NCBI GenBank assembly: GCA_964016885.1
Contig: OZ024741.1
Coordinates: 75,144,001-75,208,000, forward strand
Direction: 5' to 3'
DNA: 64,000 nucleotides
Source of the DNA: Eledone cirrhosa
Taxonomy: Eukaryota
The notes under the pieces: generated by a model
Seen by the model: only the letters and a program-made list of their open reading frames with translations
The model's database searches: none
Told to the model about the DNA's origin: nothing
Part shown: positions 13,385 through 26,601 of the stretch, in pieces
Numbering within the stretch: position 1 is the first letter of the stretch
Layout: each line of letters opens with the position of its first letter
Position numbers and translations under genes: made by a program

Positions 13385-14052
13385 CATGATCATAATCATC
13401 ATCACCGTTTTACATCCGTTCTTCCACGCTAGCATGAGTTAGACAGGTTGTTCTGTTGTGGGCAGTGTCTGGTCGGCTGACCTTGTCTTGCTCATACAGG
13501 AACTGATTCTGGCTTGATTTCTACAGCTGGATGCCCTTCCTAACACCAACCTCATTTACAGTGAGTGGTGGGTGCTTTTTTTCCGTGGCACCTACACGTC
13601 CACTTTACAGTGTGGGCTGGGTGCAACCAGTTTGCAGTGGGATGGGGTGGGGGCATATTGTCTATATGCTTCAGCTTCGGCTTGTACCCATGGGAAGTCA
13701 GGTCTTCTGTATTACTGCGTGGCGCCAGAGGTCAAAGTCCTGTGTCATCGCCTTTGAGAGGTGCAATTGGGTAAGGTCAGCTTTTATCACCTCATCCCAG
13801 GTCTTCTTGGGTCTCCCCACTCTGCGGTTTTCATTGACTTCTAGTGCTCTGCACCTTTTTATGCAGCTGTCAGCCTTTATGCGCATCACATGTCCATACC
13901 AATGCAACCTCCTCTCATGCACACAGCATTTGATTCCTCTTATGCTCAGTCTCTCTCTCAGTTTGTTTATGCTTTGCTGTTCGCTTATATTACTATTACA
14001 CATCCATCGGAGCATGCAAGCTTCGTTTCTTTCTAATCTACGCAAGTCTTCT
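13385..14052 (-). mobile_element. 5'-truncated RTE LINE with (GAT)n tail
   Basis: ORF RRLERNEACMLRWMC...RRLHWYGHVMR...GRPKKTWDEVIKADL; same family as 35675-36630. Confidence 0.9.
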
Positions 14053-14158
14053 ACAGAACTAATACAGTGTGTTTCAGAATAAAAGTATATATGGACCTCT
14101 TATAGCATATCTAAAGGTATGTTTTATATACATAAAGTTACTATATATTTACTCTATA

Positions 14159-14338
14159 CTAGACCACCTGTGACGTCACGTTCGCTTCAAAATATTTTTT
14201 AAAATCATGTTCACTTAAAAATAATTTTTAAATAATTAAAATATACACATACATGTATATAATGCGAAATGAAACTGGAAGTCCCTTATATATACGTGTG
14301 TGTATGTATATACATAAATGTGTGTGTCTCTCTCTCTC

Positions 14339-14375
<37 letters not shown>

Positions 14376-14754
14376 GTGGGTATCTGTGATCTATATACAC
14401 TGGTCATAGACACACACATATACACAGATATATACACACACACTCACATATGTACACAACAACACCACCAGCTCTCTCTCTCTCTCTTCCATTATCCTCT
14501 CCTTCTCTCTATGCCTCTATTTCAATCTACTCTCTCACAACCACTATATCTTTCTCTCTCTCTCTTTCTGTTTATGAAGGTACCCAGAAAAACCCCATAT
14601 CTCGGGAACCCATGTTCCGATTTACACAAAACTTGTTTTATTCCATTTGTATCCCCATTTCAGGGTCAACTTCCTTTCAAATCATGCGCCCTTTTGGCTG
14701 TATTACATTACAGGCAAGCAAGCAATCGCAGAGTTTTAGTAGTATATAGATAGA
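14159..14754 (-). mobile_element. Non-autonomous Helitron
   Basis: Minus strand begins A|TCTATCTATATACTACTAAAAC and ends with a gtgacgtcac palindrome then CTAG|T, which are Helitron termini in an AT target. Confidence 0.7.
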
Positions 14755-15544
14755 TATACTTCAGTTGTATCAAGATTGCAACAACCTCTCTCATGTCAGT
14801 AACACTCTATAAAGTAGTTAGAGATGGGAATGCCATCCAGCTTTAGAAAATTTACTGAGCAAAGAGAACAGAACACTCTTCTATAGCAACTTGAGCACTG
14901 TCAAGTCTATTTATTTCAAACCATTAAAAAGTATCTCAGAAATAATTCTTGGCTTGTAATATTTACTCAGGTTCATAAGCATAATTCATATAGACAAATT
15001 CCCACCTGAACTATGAAGAATAAAACAATCTTTGGCAGTTACATTTAACTATTTTCCAAAGAAAATATAGATTTGTTTTATCTCTATAATTGTTATATGA
15101 ATAAAATTAATTACCCACTAACAAAATTAATTCCCACCTAACAAATTGCTGCTTGGTAAATCTAACAAGCTCTATGATCAAAACGAACTGCACATATATG
15201 TGGTGTATACTATGTGCCTTTGTGGCTTTTACAATCTTTGTATGTATATATTTGTAAGTTATGTACATGTGTAAATGTGACTATGTTTTACAATATATGT
15301 ATGTAATGTATATGTACGTAATGTATATGTGTGTGAGTGTCTGTGGGTTCAAAGCATGTATGAATGTAGGGAGGTAGGTAGGTATGTATGTAGGTAGGGA
15401 GGCAGGTAGGTTGATAGGTTTCTGAATTTACAACCATTGCAGCCAATGTAATATTAAAACAAATCAGTAATCATATGAACTTGTATCAAAGGCTATGCTG
15501 AGTGGTTGAATATCATTGCAAAATATTTGTTTCAACAATAAATA

Positions 15545-15878
15545 AACAGAGATTCACTCCAGGTAGAGTTGCTACTTCTCTGAATTGAGAGATTACAGTT
15601 CTGATACTATGGGCATGTGGTTAGAATATCTCAGGAAAGAATCGCTGGACAGATTTTACGGGCAAAACCAGCCGGCAGGAGACTCAGGAGTAAACCCTGA
15701 GCAAGATGGTTGGATAACATCCATGAGCTTGGCTGGTCTCGTTTGGGGATCCAGCCAAATCAGTTGAAGAGGTTGCTTCTGTCAGGACCTGCTGGAAGGC
15801 GTGCTTGAGGACTCTTCCCCCACAACTTTCTCAGGAATAAGTGGGTGAAGAAGAAGAATAAATAAATAAATAAATATA
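15545..15878 (+). mobile_element. 3' fragment of a second RTE LINE family
   Basis: Translates with stops to L*IERLQF*YYGHVVRISQERIAGQILRAKPAGRR...RWLDNI; ends in a (GAA)n/(TAAA)n tail. Confidence 0.7.
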
Positions 15879-16872
15879 AAGTCATCACTGCCCAAATTAT
15901 ATAAGATTTCTCTGGAGACAGTGAAATAACGCAAACATTAAAACTGTTTTCATAAAAATCAGCGAAATCTTATGTAAGGTCAGGACACATGGGATCAATG
16001 TTTTCCAAAGTGGCTCACAATAAGACTGAACCTAGAACCATGTGTTTGTTGAGTGAACTCCTTAAGCACACAGCCATACTTTTGACTAAATTTGCACAAT
16101 ATTTTTATCACAACATCGTAAATGATAGAAAACTTGCAGGTTACTGACAACACACTTTACACCACACACCACACACACTGTAGACTACATACTACACAGT
16201 GTACACCACACACCACTCACACTGTAGTCTACATACTATACAGTGTACAGAACATACTGCATACTATATGGTGTACATTGCACACTGTGCACTAAGTAAA
16301 TAGTAAGCAGTAGTAGCAGCCAGGAATATTGAAAAGAATCACAAATATATTCATTTGAATTAATATCATAGATTGAAGACAATATTTATAAGAGCAACAA
16401 TATTTCCGAAAATAACACACAATACTGTTATTTAGAGTTCAAAATAAGTTTTGGGGAAAATGATACAATGAAAATCAAATCAATAGAATATTGTTATTTC
16501 TTTCTTTTATGCCTCATTACAGCTTCTTTCTTACTTTCCTCATTCTTTTGATCTCAATTCAGCTCTTATTTACATTACTTTCATTTTGAGTTTCATTTTC
16601 ACATTTCCTCTCTTTTTATTTATCTCTATCATGCTCTTCTACTCGGTTTCTATCTTTATATGTCTTGTTCATACACACACACACACATACACCACACACA
16701 CATGCACACACCCAAATATTGATGTTGATATATTTTTTTTATCTACTTTATAATTTCTTTTATTTTACTTCCTGTACATATATCTATACATTCACATACA
16801 TTTGCATGCACGTATATGTTTGTGTGTGTGCATAAATGTGTGTGTATGTCTGTATATACATACATATATAAA

Positions 16873-16912
<40 letters not shown>

Positions 16913-16984
16913 GACATACATCAACCTCACAAACACAAATATGTGTGCGTGTGTGTATTTCATTTGTGTATTCTTTTACAAGAT

Positions 16985-17245
16985 TTTTTTTTTATCTGAA
17001 AACGTGTGTTGATACAGATATTGTTAGACTTTGGGAGGGTTATGCTGCCAATAAAAATACACGCACCTGTTGAGTTTCATTTCAATTTATTATTAGACTT
17101 TTCCAGTTGGTGAATTTAATAAGCACTAACACGACCAGTTATTTAACTAACCGACTGCGAAATTGTAACCATAAATTGAAGTGAAACTCAACAGGCTGCA
17201 TAACTCTTCCAAAGTATAACAATATATATATAGGTTCTGCTAACT
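16985..17245. repeat. Head-to-head PLE pLTR ends (family B), imperfect inverted repeat
   Basis: gatattgttagactttgggagggt...cctgttgagtttcatttcaattta is mirrored by taaattgaagtgaaactcaacagg...ccaaagtataacaatat; homologous to 37140-37216 and 39035-39135. Confidence 0.7.
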
Positions 17246-17575
17246 ATATTCTTTTGACGAAAATCTCAATTTGTCTATTTTGCCCGTATTATTCTGTTGC
17301 CTACTTTGTCTTTTGTCTTAATTCAGTCGAATGTAATTTTTCTGTCCTTTATTGTTATTGTTATTGCTGTGATATTTTCTAACATGAATTTTGCCAACAG
17401 AACGGTTCTCCAATCTTGTAAGGGAATCACCCCTTCCCCCTCACACACACACGTACATGCACTCATACTCACACTCATAAAGTGTGTGTGCTTGTAGATA
17501 TAGGTGAATATGTAAACATTTAAATATGTATATCACTTAGACAACGTGGTGTGCAAATGTAGCCACAATTTTAAT

Positions 17576-17637
<62 letters not shown>

Positions 17638-17658
17638 TTATAAGACTGTTTATATTGT

Positions 17659-17722
17659 ATTTTGTCTGAAGAAGGCATAACATATTGTTAATATGATATC
17701 CCTGAAATATATATAACGAAAT
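17659..17722 (+). ncRNA. Minimal type I hammerhead ribozyme motif
   Basis: attttgt-CTGAAGA-agg...cct-GAAA-t-atat-a-ta-acgaaat: 7-bp stem I with one G-U, AGG/CCU stem II, palindromic AUAU loop III. Confidence 0.7.
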
Positions 17723-17779
17723 AAATATGGTTTTATAAATATAGTTTCCATTTATTTAATATCATATATATATATATAT

Positions 17780-18040
17780 ATATACGTGTAGGTGTCACGA
17801 CATAAAAACACACAGTCCACGCTGTAATGTGGCCGTGTAAGTAACACGGTAAAAACCTCCCAGTCCACACTGTAAACGTGGTTGATGTTAGGAAGTGCAT
17901 CCAGCCGTAGAAAACCCGCCAGACAGTCCGATACGAGCAGGACAACCAATCTTGCCTCAGGTGGGAAAAACTCCCGTCCAAACCCATGCAAGCGTGGAAG
18001 ATGGACGTTAAACGATGATGATGATGATGATGATGATGAT
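17780..18040 (+). mobile_element. Short repeat sharing the RTE 3' tail (cccatgc...tggaagatggacgttaaac(gat)n)
   Basis: Same gcatccagc-gtagaaa motif and tail as 36390-36630; related tails at ~2610-2650, 45160-45330 and 62325-62620. Confidence 0.65.
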
Positions 18041-18169
18041 ATATATATATATATAAGTATATATATACTGTTCGCATGCCAACACAAGAGCAAGAATGAA
18101 GTGTTCATTCTACTGACATGGCTATAAAATTGAGGCTTGTTTGCAAAATTGCAAACAAATCGAATGTTA

Positions 18170-18358
18170 TTCGGTGGATTGGCAGTATCGGTAGAGGGTC
18201 GGACGCCATGCTTTCCAGCATAGTTACGTCCCTTAACGATCTGAGTTCAAATCCCGCCGAGCTTGTCTTTGCCTTTCATCCTTACGGGGTCGATAAAATA
18301 AAGTACCAGTAATGCACTGGGTATTTACTGGCCTTGTGCCAAAAGTAGAAACAATTAT
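18170..18358 (+). mobile_element. tRNA-derived SINE (family S1)
   Basis: A box tggcagtatcgg, B box gagttcaaatcc, core gcctttcatccttacggggtcgataaa, 3' ggccttgtgccaaaagtagaaacaatta. Confidence 0.85.
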
Positions 18359-18382
18359 TAATATTCGAAAAACTCAGATTAC

Positions 18383-18474
<92 letters not shown>

Positions 18475-18749
18475 TGTATTTATGTACAACGATAGATGCA
18501 TACGTAGACATATATACGCACACACATTACTATACGTGTGCGTAAATGTCATTTGAAATGCTGATGTGTAGACAATGCAAGGAGAATATCGATGATCTGA
18601 CGTGACCTGAGATCACGTTATCAAGTTTATCATGCCTGGAAAAAAATTAGACACGTACGCACGCACACATGCATATATATTTGAAAGTGACTGTGTATAC
18701 ATATATGTATATCTGAAAATGTTTGTTTATACATATAATTATATATAAT

Positions 18750-18940
18750 TGTGGTGGATTGGCAGTATCGGTAGAGGGTCGGATACCATGCTTTGCCGCA
18801 TAGAGTTACGGCCCTTGCCATTCTGAGTTCAAATCCCACCGCGGTTAACTTTGCCTTTCATCCTTACGGGGTCGATAAAATAACGTACCAGTAATGTACT
18901 GGAATAATTGCTGGCCTTGTGCCAAAAGTAGAAACAATTA
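18750..18940 (+). mobile_element. tRNA-derived SINE (family S1)
   Basis: Same A/B boxes, core and 3' end as 18170-18358. Confidence 0.85.
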
Positions 18941-18947
18941 TATAATA

Positions 18948-19962
18948 TACGTAGTTTGTCTCCAAAATAAGGGTACTGATTTTCTTATGTACAACGTGGT
19001 AACGCTAAGCCTTGTTGATGTATATAGGCGTGTTGATTATGACCTTCGCTGCGCGTACATACTTATTTTAACATGATCGATTGAGCCAGCCGTGAGTTAT
19101 TGCTGTATAGCTATAGACGTGTTTATAACCTTTGTTACGTTTGCGATGCAGGATCATGTCCAGCAACGGTACAAAATCAAATTTTATGTGAATCTCAACA
19201 AATATGCCACTGAAACATTGGAACCATCTTGGTTGTCCAGAAGTGACGGCAAAAGACTTGACGGCCTTACCCTGTGCCCCTGGTCGAGAGGCAGGTGCCT
19301 TGTCTGGGACGTCACTGTTAGTGACTGCTTTACTTCTTCCCACATCCTGGATGCTGCGGTTAGGGCGAGAACCACAGCTTCCGCAGCCGAGCGGAACAAG
19401 AACCTCAAATACAGTGATCTGTCGGCTAGCTACATTTTCCAGCCTGTGGTTTTCGAGACGTTTGGGGGAGTCGGGCTGCTGGCTGCGAGTTTCTTCTCTT
19501 CGCTGACGGCTCGCGTAATAGAGGTAACTGGCGAATCTCGCGAGGGCGCTTGGTTGTTCCAGCGCATCAGCCTCGTCATCACCCGAGGCAATGCTGCGAG
19601 TGTGCTGGCTTGCCTCAAAAATCATTAGAGGGGTTGCCTAGTACTCCTCACAACATTGCTGTCTTTGCTCTGGTGGTGGCTCGGTTTTTCACCCCTTCCT
19701 TTATATTTTCTTTAATATTGCAACATTAAAGGAATATAACCTTCTGAAAGAATCGCGAACAATTTATAATGTTATTTAAGTATATATTTAAAACATGTTA
19801 TTGTACTGTAAAATTATTTATATGCTTTGCATATTAATTGTTTATTGAACTAATCTTTTATAAAATAAAATGAAACTAAGAATTATGTAACACAAGCTTA
19901 TAGAGATGACACTCTACCGAGAAGTAATGGTTTTTAAGTGGCTCAAAGCTTTCAAAGAGAGG
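18948..19962 (+). mobile_element. Mariner remnant (5' end plus transposase N-terminus), split by a LINE insertion
   Basis: QRYKIKFYVNLNKYATET continues after the insertion as ...QAYRDDTLPRSNGFKWLKAFKE, the mariner N-terminal HTH pattern. Confidence 0.7.
19217..19870 (+). mobile_element. 5'-truncated CRE-like non-LTR retrotransposon (restriction-like endonuclease C-terminus)
   Basis: LEPSWLSRSDGKRLDGLTLCPWSRGRCLVWDVTV...KYSDL...FQPVVFETFG...FQRISLVITRGNAA; A-rich tail; TSD tgaaac at 19211-16 and 19871-76. Confidence 0.8.
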
Positions 19963-20224
19963 ATAAGACAACGAACAGAAACAAAACAAAACAAAACGAA
20001 AAACAATTTTTTAAAGGGAAACCTTAAAAAATATGTTTAAAAAATAAAAATATAAACGAAGGAGGCAGAACTCCATGGTCATCGGCCATTTAGATGGACT
20101 TGGGCAGTTTCAACCCTTATCAGCGGTACTGCTGGTCCTTGCGGGGTCACAGCGTCTGAAAAAAGCCGAACGCTGTCCAGTGGAGTAAGAGACGAGAGAC
20201 AAAACATTAATATATAGCAATTAA

Positions 20225-20412
20225 GGCGGTGGATTGGCAGTATCGGTAGAGGGTCGGACGCCATGCTTTCCAGCATAGTTACGTCCCTTTACGATCTGAG
20301 TTCAAATCCCGCCGAGCTTGACTTTGCCTTTCATCCTTACGGGGTCGATAAAATAAAGTACCAGTAATGCACTGGGTAATTGCTGGCCTTGTGCCAAAAG
20401 TAGAAACAATTA
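20225..20412 (+). mobile_element. tRNA-derived SINE (family S1)
   Basis: Near-identical to 18170-18358; a reverse partial copy lies at ~20746-20862. Confidence 0.85.
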
Positions 20413-20520
20413 ATATATAGCAATTAAGCGAGAAGAATAATTTCTTGCTATGAAAAATATCAGGAGACTAATATTCTTTTTAGAATAGCCGAATGATTTC
20501 GAGCTACAATGTATAGAAAA

Positions 20521-20674
20521 CAGGGCCGGATTTAGATTTGATGAGGCCCTAAGCTATTTGAGATAATGGGGCCCTTTATATGTCCAGATGTCCTGTCAGC
20601 GACAAATTGTTGCTGTTTTTTGTGTGGGGGCCCTAAGCTATAGCTTGTTTAGCTTATACGTAAATCCCACTCTG
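20521..20674. mobile_element. Small hAT-like MITE
   Basis: Imperfect TIRs cagggccggattta / taaatcccactctg with internal ggggccct motifs. A paralogous empty site at ~39755-39860 fixes the boundaries. Confidence 0.65.
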
Positions 20675-21269
20675 GTAAATGATGTTAATAAAAGTATGAT
20701 AATTAAACGAAAACACTGAAGGTATTATAATAGTAAAAGTAATAAAAATTGTTTCTACTTTTGGCACAGGCCAGCAATTATCGCAGTGCATCACTGGTGC
20801 TTTATTTTATCCACCCCGTAAAGATGAAAGGCAAAGTTAACCGCGATGGGATTTGAACCCATTAATAGTAGTTTTATAGGATTAGGCTAGTACATAACTA
20901 TGCACTGACTGGTGTGGAAGCATGCGCAAATGAAGATATTCTGTATAAAAACATATATACAAATACACATGTACGTATGTAAGTGCACGTGCTCTTACAA
21001 ATGTATACATACGCATACTCGTGCATATATGCATATAATATACACACGCATAAATATTCAATATACGCTTGCACATACAAGTGCACACACCTGCATACAA
21101 ATATATATATATATATATATATAAAACAGAAGATGTCTGTCTGTGTAATCGCATGCATTCCAAATTTCATACATAGGTTTCTGAAGTCCTATTACGCGTC
21201 GTAGGCTATTTTATTTTTCTGTACATCGATTGTGGGGGCTCCCAGGGGCAAGTAGCCCCGTTAGATTCT

Positions 21270-21765
21270 CCCTTCGACTTATCTATGGAAGTTCACATTA
21301 ACACTGTATTAGTACCTGATAACTTTTGAAGTTTACGTTCGATATTCGTTTTCACTTTCAAAACAACAATCATCATCGTCGGATGAAATTTCAGAAATGT
21401 AAACATCTGATTCATTTGAAGATAAATCACTAATATTATCTTTTGTTTCTTGTTCATTTTGAATGTCGTCGTGTGTAAAAATTTGAAAGTCGGTATCGCT
21501 ACTTTCATAAGCCATGTTGATACAAACAAAAAATCTGTTCTACTTTCAACGTTAAAAAAACACGCGTTGTTTTAAGTTGTTTCACTATATTAAGCGTTAA
21601 TTTTCGCGGTAAGGGCCTAATCTCGCAGTAATCTCGAATCGACGAGATTTAGATGACGGTATTGTTTATTTTTAGAACGATATTTAAGTGTGGATGTTAC
21701 GGCGATTTGGGGCGGTTTGAACAAATGAAGGGGAAATAATTTCGGCCGCTTTGAACACTAAAGGG
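21270..21765 (-). mobile_element. piggyBac left-end fragment inside the Helitron
   Basis: Minus strand TTAA|CCCTTTAGTG terminus at 21765, then an acidic ORF (MAYESSDTDF...SSDDDD) like piggyBac transposase N-termini. No right end found. Confidence 0.6.
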
Positions 21766-22486
21766 TTAAAGGATGTTTAGTTAATGTGTTTATGGTCATA
21801 AGGTTCCAGTTTATCATGATGTTAATTTTCGGCCATTTTTGCCTGTATCCTTTCAATGGTTAGTACTTACTTTGCGTTGCCCCTAACTTAAAACCTGAAA
21901 TTTGACTGGTACACAAAATCTTGCAAAACATACCCACTTTCACAGATTTATCACATTTTTTCACAATTTATATCCGTGTTTTTTTTGCTTACTTAAACGT
22001 TATTAGTCCACTATTTATCATTCTCCCTGGTTAATTTTCTAAAAACAACGCCCCCCCCCCCCCCCCCAGAAAAGAACTCTCATTGGTCGATTATCTAATG
22101 ATGCAAGTAGGTATAAGCGAAGGCGTCTCACCGAAGATGTAAATACAACTGCGATCAGGCTCTCACAGAATACTGAGCAGACGGAAGCTGCAGGAGCGGA
22201 GGAGGGTGACAGTCGGCGTGAACTTCGACGGAACAAAAGTGCTGCCGCGACTGCTGCTCGCGCACGAGAGGATGAAGGACGACGTGCCGTTCGACGTAGC
22301 AGGGACGCCGCTGCAACATTCGCTGCTCGCGCACGAGAGGATGAAGGACGACGAAGCAGGGACGCCACTACCACTGCTGCTGCACGAAATACTGAAACCA
22401 TAGAGCAACAACGTGGCCGACTTCTGCAAAGTGAACAGCGGCGATCATCGTTACATGGCATTTCTAGGACTTGCAATTCACGATGT

Positions 22487-25400
22487 TTGTTGAAGGCCTT
22501 TAATTACGACCCCTCCTCCGACTACGCCGTCCATACAGATATTCAAATTGGGGAAATGACCTCTACTTGCCAGTTTTATCGTACGAAAAAGTGGCCAGGG
22601 GAGAGAGATGGAATGTGCTGTTCAAACGGTAAAGTTAGACTACCTCCTATTCACGACCCTCCAGAGACATTGCAACTCCTTTTGACAGACACGACGGAGG
22701 AATCATCGAGGTTTCTGCGTAATATCCGCCGCTACAATTCCGCGTTTCAGATGACATCCTTCGGAGCAAAGCTTACCTCGGAACGTAGGTTCATGCCAAC
22801 TTTCAAGGTCCAGGGGCAGATCTACCACTTGATTGGTTCTATTCAGCCTCTGGCAGAAAAGGATCCTCAATTTCTTCAGTTATACTTCGTTGGAAACTAT
22901 CAGGAGCAGGCAGAGATGCGAAACTCTATTTCGTCCGAAACTAACATTGGAACCATAATAAAACTTCAAGAAATGCTTCACGACAAAAACAGCTATGTTC
23001 GCATTTTCAAGTACGCTTTGGAAACAGCCACCGACCAAAACTTTAGTGTGGTCATACATGCTGACCGAAGGCCATCTGGAGAACACGCTGGTCGGTTCAA
23101 CGCACCAACATGTAATGAGATTGCTGCGTTATTTGTGGTGAACAGCACAACAAGAGAGATATCATTCTAAAGCACCGAGACAGCACATTACAGCGTATCA
23201 ATGAGACACACAGGTCCTACAATGCACTCCAGTATCCATTGCTATTTGTCAACGGCGAGGGCGGATACCATTTCGGCATTCCTCAACATTCGGCAGGCAA
23301 TGGTGAGGCAATCTTAGGAAAACTGTCACCTGCATGGATTTCTACACTTTCCGATTTATGGTAAGGGACAATTCATTTAACCATCTACGCCGTTCTCGGG
23401 ACCTTTTCCAACAATTTGCTGTTGATATGGCCGTTAAAATGGAGTCCGAGAGATTATGGTTCATTAAATTAAATCAAAAGAAACTTCGATCTGAATGCTA
23501 CATTCATCTATGCGATGGAATTAACAACGACGCATCCCCAGACAATTTAGGGCAAGTGTGTATTTTGCTTTCAACGTTCACGGGGGACCCCGATACATGC
23601 ACGAGAGGACTCAGGACGCCATGATTTACGTACGACATTATCGGCGCCCCAACCTTTTCATAACGTTTACATGCAATCCAAGTGGAAGGAGATTACAAAC
23701 GAACTGTTCCACGGTCAAGCGCCAAGACAGAGGCACGATCTCATAGCAAGAGTGTTTCGCCTGAAATTATCCAAATTAATGGATTTATTAAAGAAAAGAC
23801 AGGTTTTGGGGCCTGTCAGGTGTGACATGTACACGGTTGAATGGCAGAAACGAGGGCTGCCGCATGCCCATATCTTGATTTGGTTGGTTACAAAAATCAG
23901 TTCAAACTACATCGACAAATTCATTTCTGCCGAACTACCTGATCTGTCGATTGACAAGGACCTCTTCTCTATAGTCACATCAAACATGGTCCATGGTCCT
24001 TGCAGACATGGACTCAATATGAAGTCCCCGTGCATACACGACGGAAAGTGTACAAAACGATATCCCAGGCCGTTTTTACAGGAAATACAGACTGGCGGTG
24101 ACGGATATCCGTTGTATAGGCGCAGGAGACCTGAAGACGGTGGGTTCACAGCAAAAGTTGGTGAACGCGAAATCGACAACAGCTGGATAGTGCCATATTG
24201 CCCCTTCCTTTTGAAAGCGTTCAACGCCCATATAAACGTCGAATTTTGCAACTCAGTAAAATCAATTAAATACGTTTGTAAGTACTTAAACAAGAGATCG
24301 GATGCAGCCGTCTTTGGTCTTCGTCATGAAAACAGTAGAGACGAGGTATCTGACTACCAAGCAGGCCGATACATTAGCAGCAGTGAAGCCTTTTGGCGCA
24401 TTTTTAGCTTCCCTCTGCACCAACGACACCCCGTCATTAAACAACTTGCCGTTCACCTTGAAAACGGTCAACGAGTGTATTTCAATGATGCTCAGCTAGC
24501 GATCTCACCAAAAGAAACTATACTCACCGCTTTTTTCAAACTTTGTCAACACGACGACTTCGCTCGAACTCTGCTGTATTCTGAAATACCGTCTTACTAT
24601 ACATTGAACCGGACAAAATGGCTACGAAGGAAGGTAGAACAAGAGGTGGTTGGACATCCAGGCATCAAATTCGACAATTGCCTTGGGCGAGTTTATACGG
24701 TCCACCCTACCCAACACGAATGCTTCTACCTGCGACTTCTGCTTCATGAGGTAAGAGAGCCGACTTGCTTCACTCATCTGAGAACCGTCGATGGATACGC
24801 CTGCAGAACGTACAGGGAAGCCTGCTTGAGGCGTGGACTTTTAGAAGATGACGCACAATGGGATGCAACCTTGACGGAAGCTGCCATCTCACAATCATCC
24901 CGTAGTCTAAGAGCACTTTTTACTATCCTCTTGCACGTCTGTGAATTGAGCGATCCTTATTCTTCATGGCAAAAGTTTAAAGATGTTTTCGCAGACGAAT
25001 ATAGGCGTCTCGCTCAATTGCAATCTCAAAACTTAGATGTCGACTTTTCAGACGCTATATATAATAGAGCTCTGATCGACATTGAAGACAGAGTGGCTTC
25101 AATGGGCGGAGATGTCTTGGCGAAATATGGGCTTCCGCAAACACTTCGAGATGCGCCATCTGACATTCCCAACAACATTATAGGTGAAACGTCATATGAT
25201 GTCGACGAACTCAAAAGGTATGTTGAAGAGAATGAACCAAAACTTCTAATGGATCAAAAACAAGCCTACAACATTGTCGTTGATTCCATCCGTAATCGGG
25301 GAGGGGTATATTCTTCCTGGACGCACCTGGAGGCACGGGCAAAACATTTGTAATCAAACTTTTACTCGCTGCAGTGAGGCAACACGGAAACATCGCATTG

Positions 25401-26601
25401 GTCGTGGCTTCTTCCGGCATTGCAGCAACTTTGCTGCCTGGTGGTAGGGCGGCCCATTCTGCCTTCAGTCTTCCTCTCAACGTGGCATCATCTGAGACAC
25501 CCACGTGCAAAATCAACAAGTCTTCCGGAAAAGCGCTGGTGTTAAAGCGCTGCCTACTAATTGTTTGGGACGAATGCACAATGGCCCACAGGGCGACTTT
25601 CGAGGCATTAGACCGGTCACTCAGACACATCAGGGACTGTCAAGAACCAATGGGAGGTGTCACTTTCCTGTTATCTGGGGACTTCCGACAGACTCTGCCT
25701 GTAATCCCAAAAGGTACACGCGGGCTGATGAGGTTGGTGCATGCCTTAAGGCCTCCCCACTTTGGTGTTATGTAAGAAAGCTGACGCTTACAACAAACAC
25801 GAGAGCACAACTGCAAGGTGATGAGACATCACCGGGTTTTTCCTGCTGCCATTTTGTTGTTGGGAGATGGCAAAGTCCCATTCGACGGAGATAGTACAGC
25901 GGACCTCACAGGGATTTGCAGATGCGTTAAGTCAATTGCTGAGTTACGGAAGTCTGTTTTTCCTAATCTTGAGGAGAACTACACAAATCAAGAGTGGTTG
26001 TGTGAACGCGCAATATTGGCTTCGAAAAACCACATAGTTGGAAGCATCAATGAATAGCTCATGATGTGCTTGCCTGCACGTCTACAAGTCCCTTGACTCT
26101 ATGGCTGATCCGGACGAAGTTGTTAATTACCCCACAGAATTTCTTAACTCCCTAGACCCTCCCGGATTGCCACCGCACTTACTGCGACTTAAGAAAGGTG
26201 CCCTTGTCATGCTCCTCAGAAATTTGGAACCCCGAAGGCTTTCCAACGGCACGCGTCTGGTCATCTAAAAGGCGATGCCTCATGTTATTGAGACAACAAT
26301 ACTTACAGGATGTGGTAAGGGAGATATTGTTTTCATACCAAGGATACCTCTCATTCCATCCGGTAAAGACATTCCTTTCACATTCAGAAGGCTGCAATTC
26401 CCTCCCCGACTCAGTTTCGCCATGTCGATTAACAAATCACAGGGTCAGACGCTGACGGTCGTAGGGCTTAATTTAGAAGAACCGTGCTTCTCCCATGGAC
26501 AACTATATGTTGGCTGCTCTCGAGTGGGGAGCCGACACAACCTATTTGCTTTTGCAGCTCGCGAGAAAACCCAAAATATAGTCTATAAGGAAGTTTTGTA
26601 G
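22487..26601 (+). pseudogene. Helitron Rep/PIF1-helicase (RepHel), frameshifted
   Basis: Rep motifs FITFTCNP, VEWQKRGLPHAHIL, YVCKY; helicase motifs DAPGGTGKT, WDECTM, GDFRQTLPV, AMSINKSQGQT, FSHGQLYVGCSRV, spread over several frames. Confidence 0.95.

Noticed and set aside
18170-18260. tRNA gene
   Set aside because: A and B boxes are present but there is no cloverleaf, and it is the head of a multi-copy SINE.
22039-22476. Arg/Ala-rich ORFs upstream of RepHel as a captured host gene
   Set aside because: They derive from short GC-rich tandem repeats typical of the low-complexity Helitron N-terminus, read antisense or out of frame.
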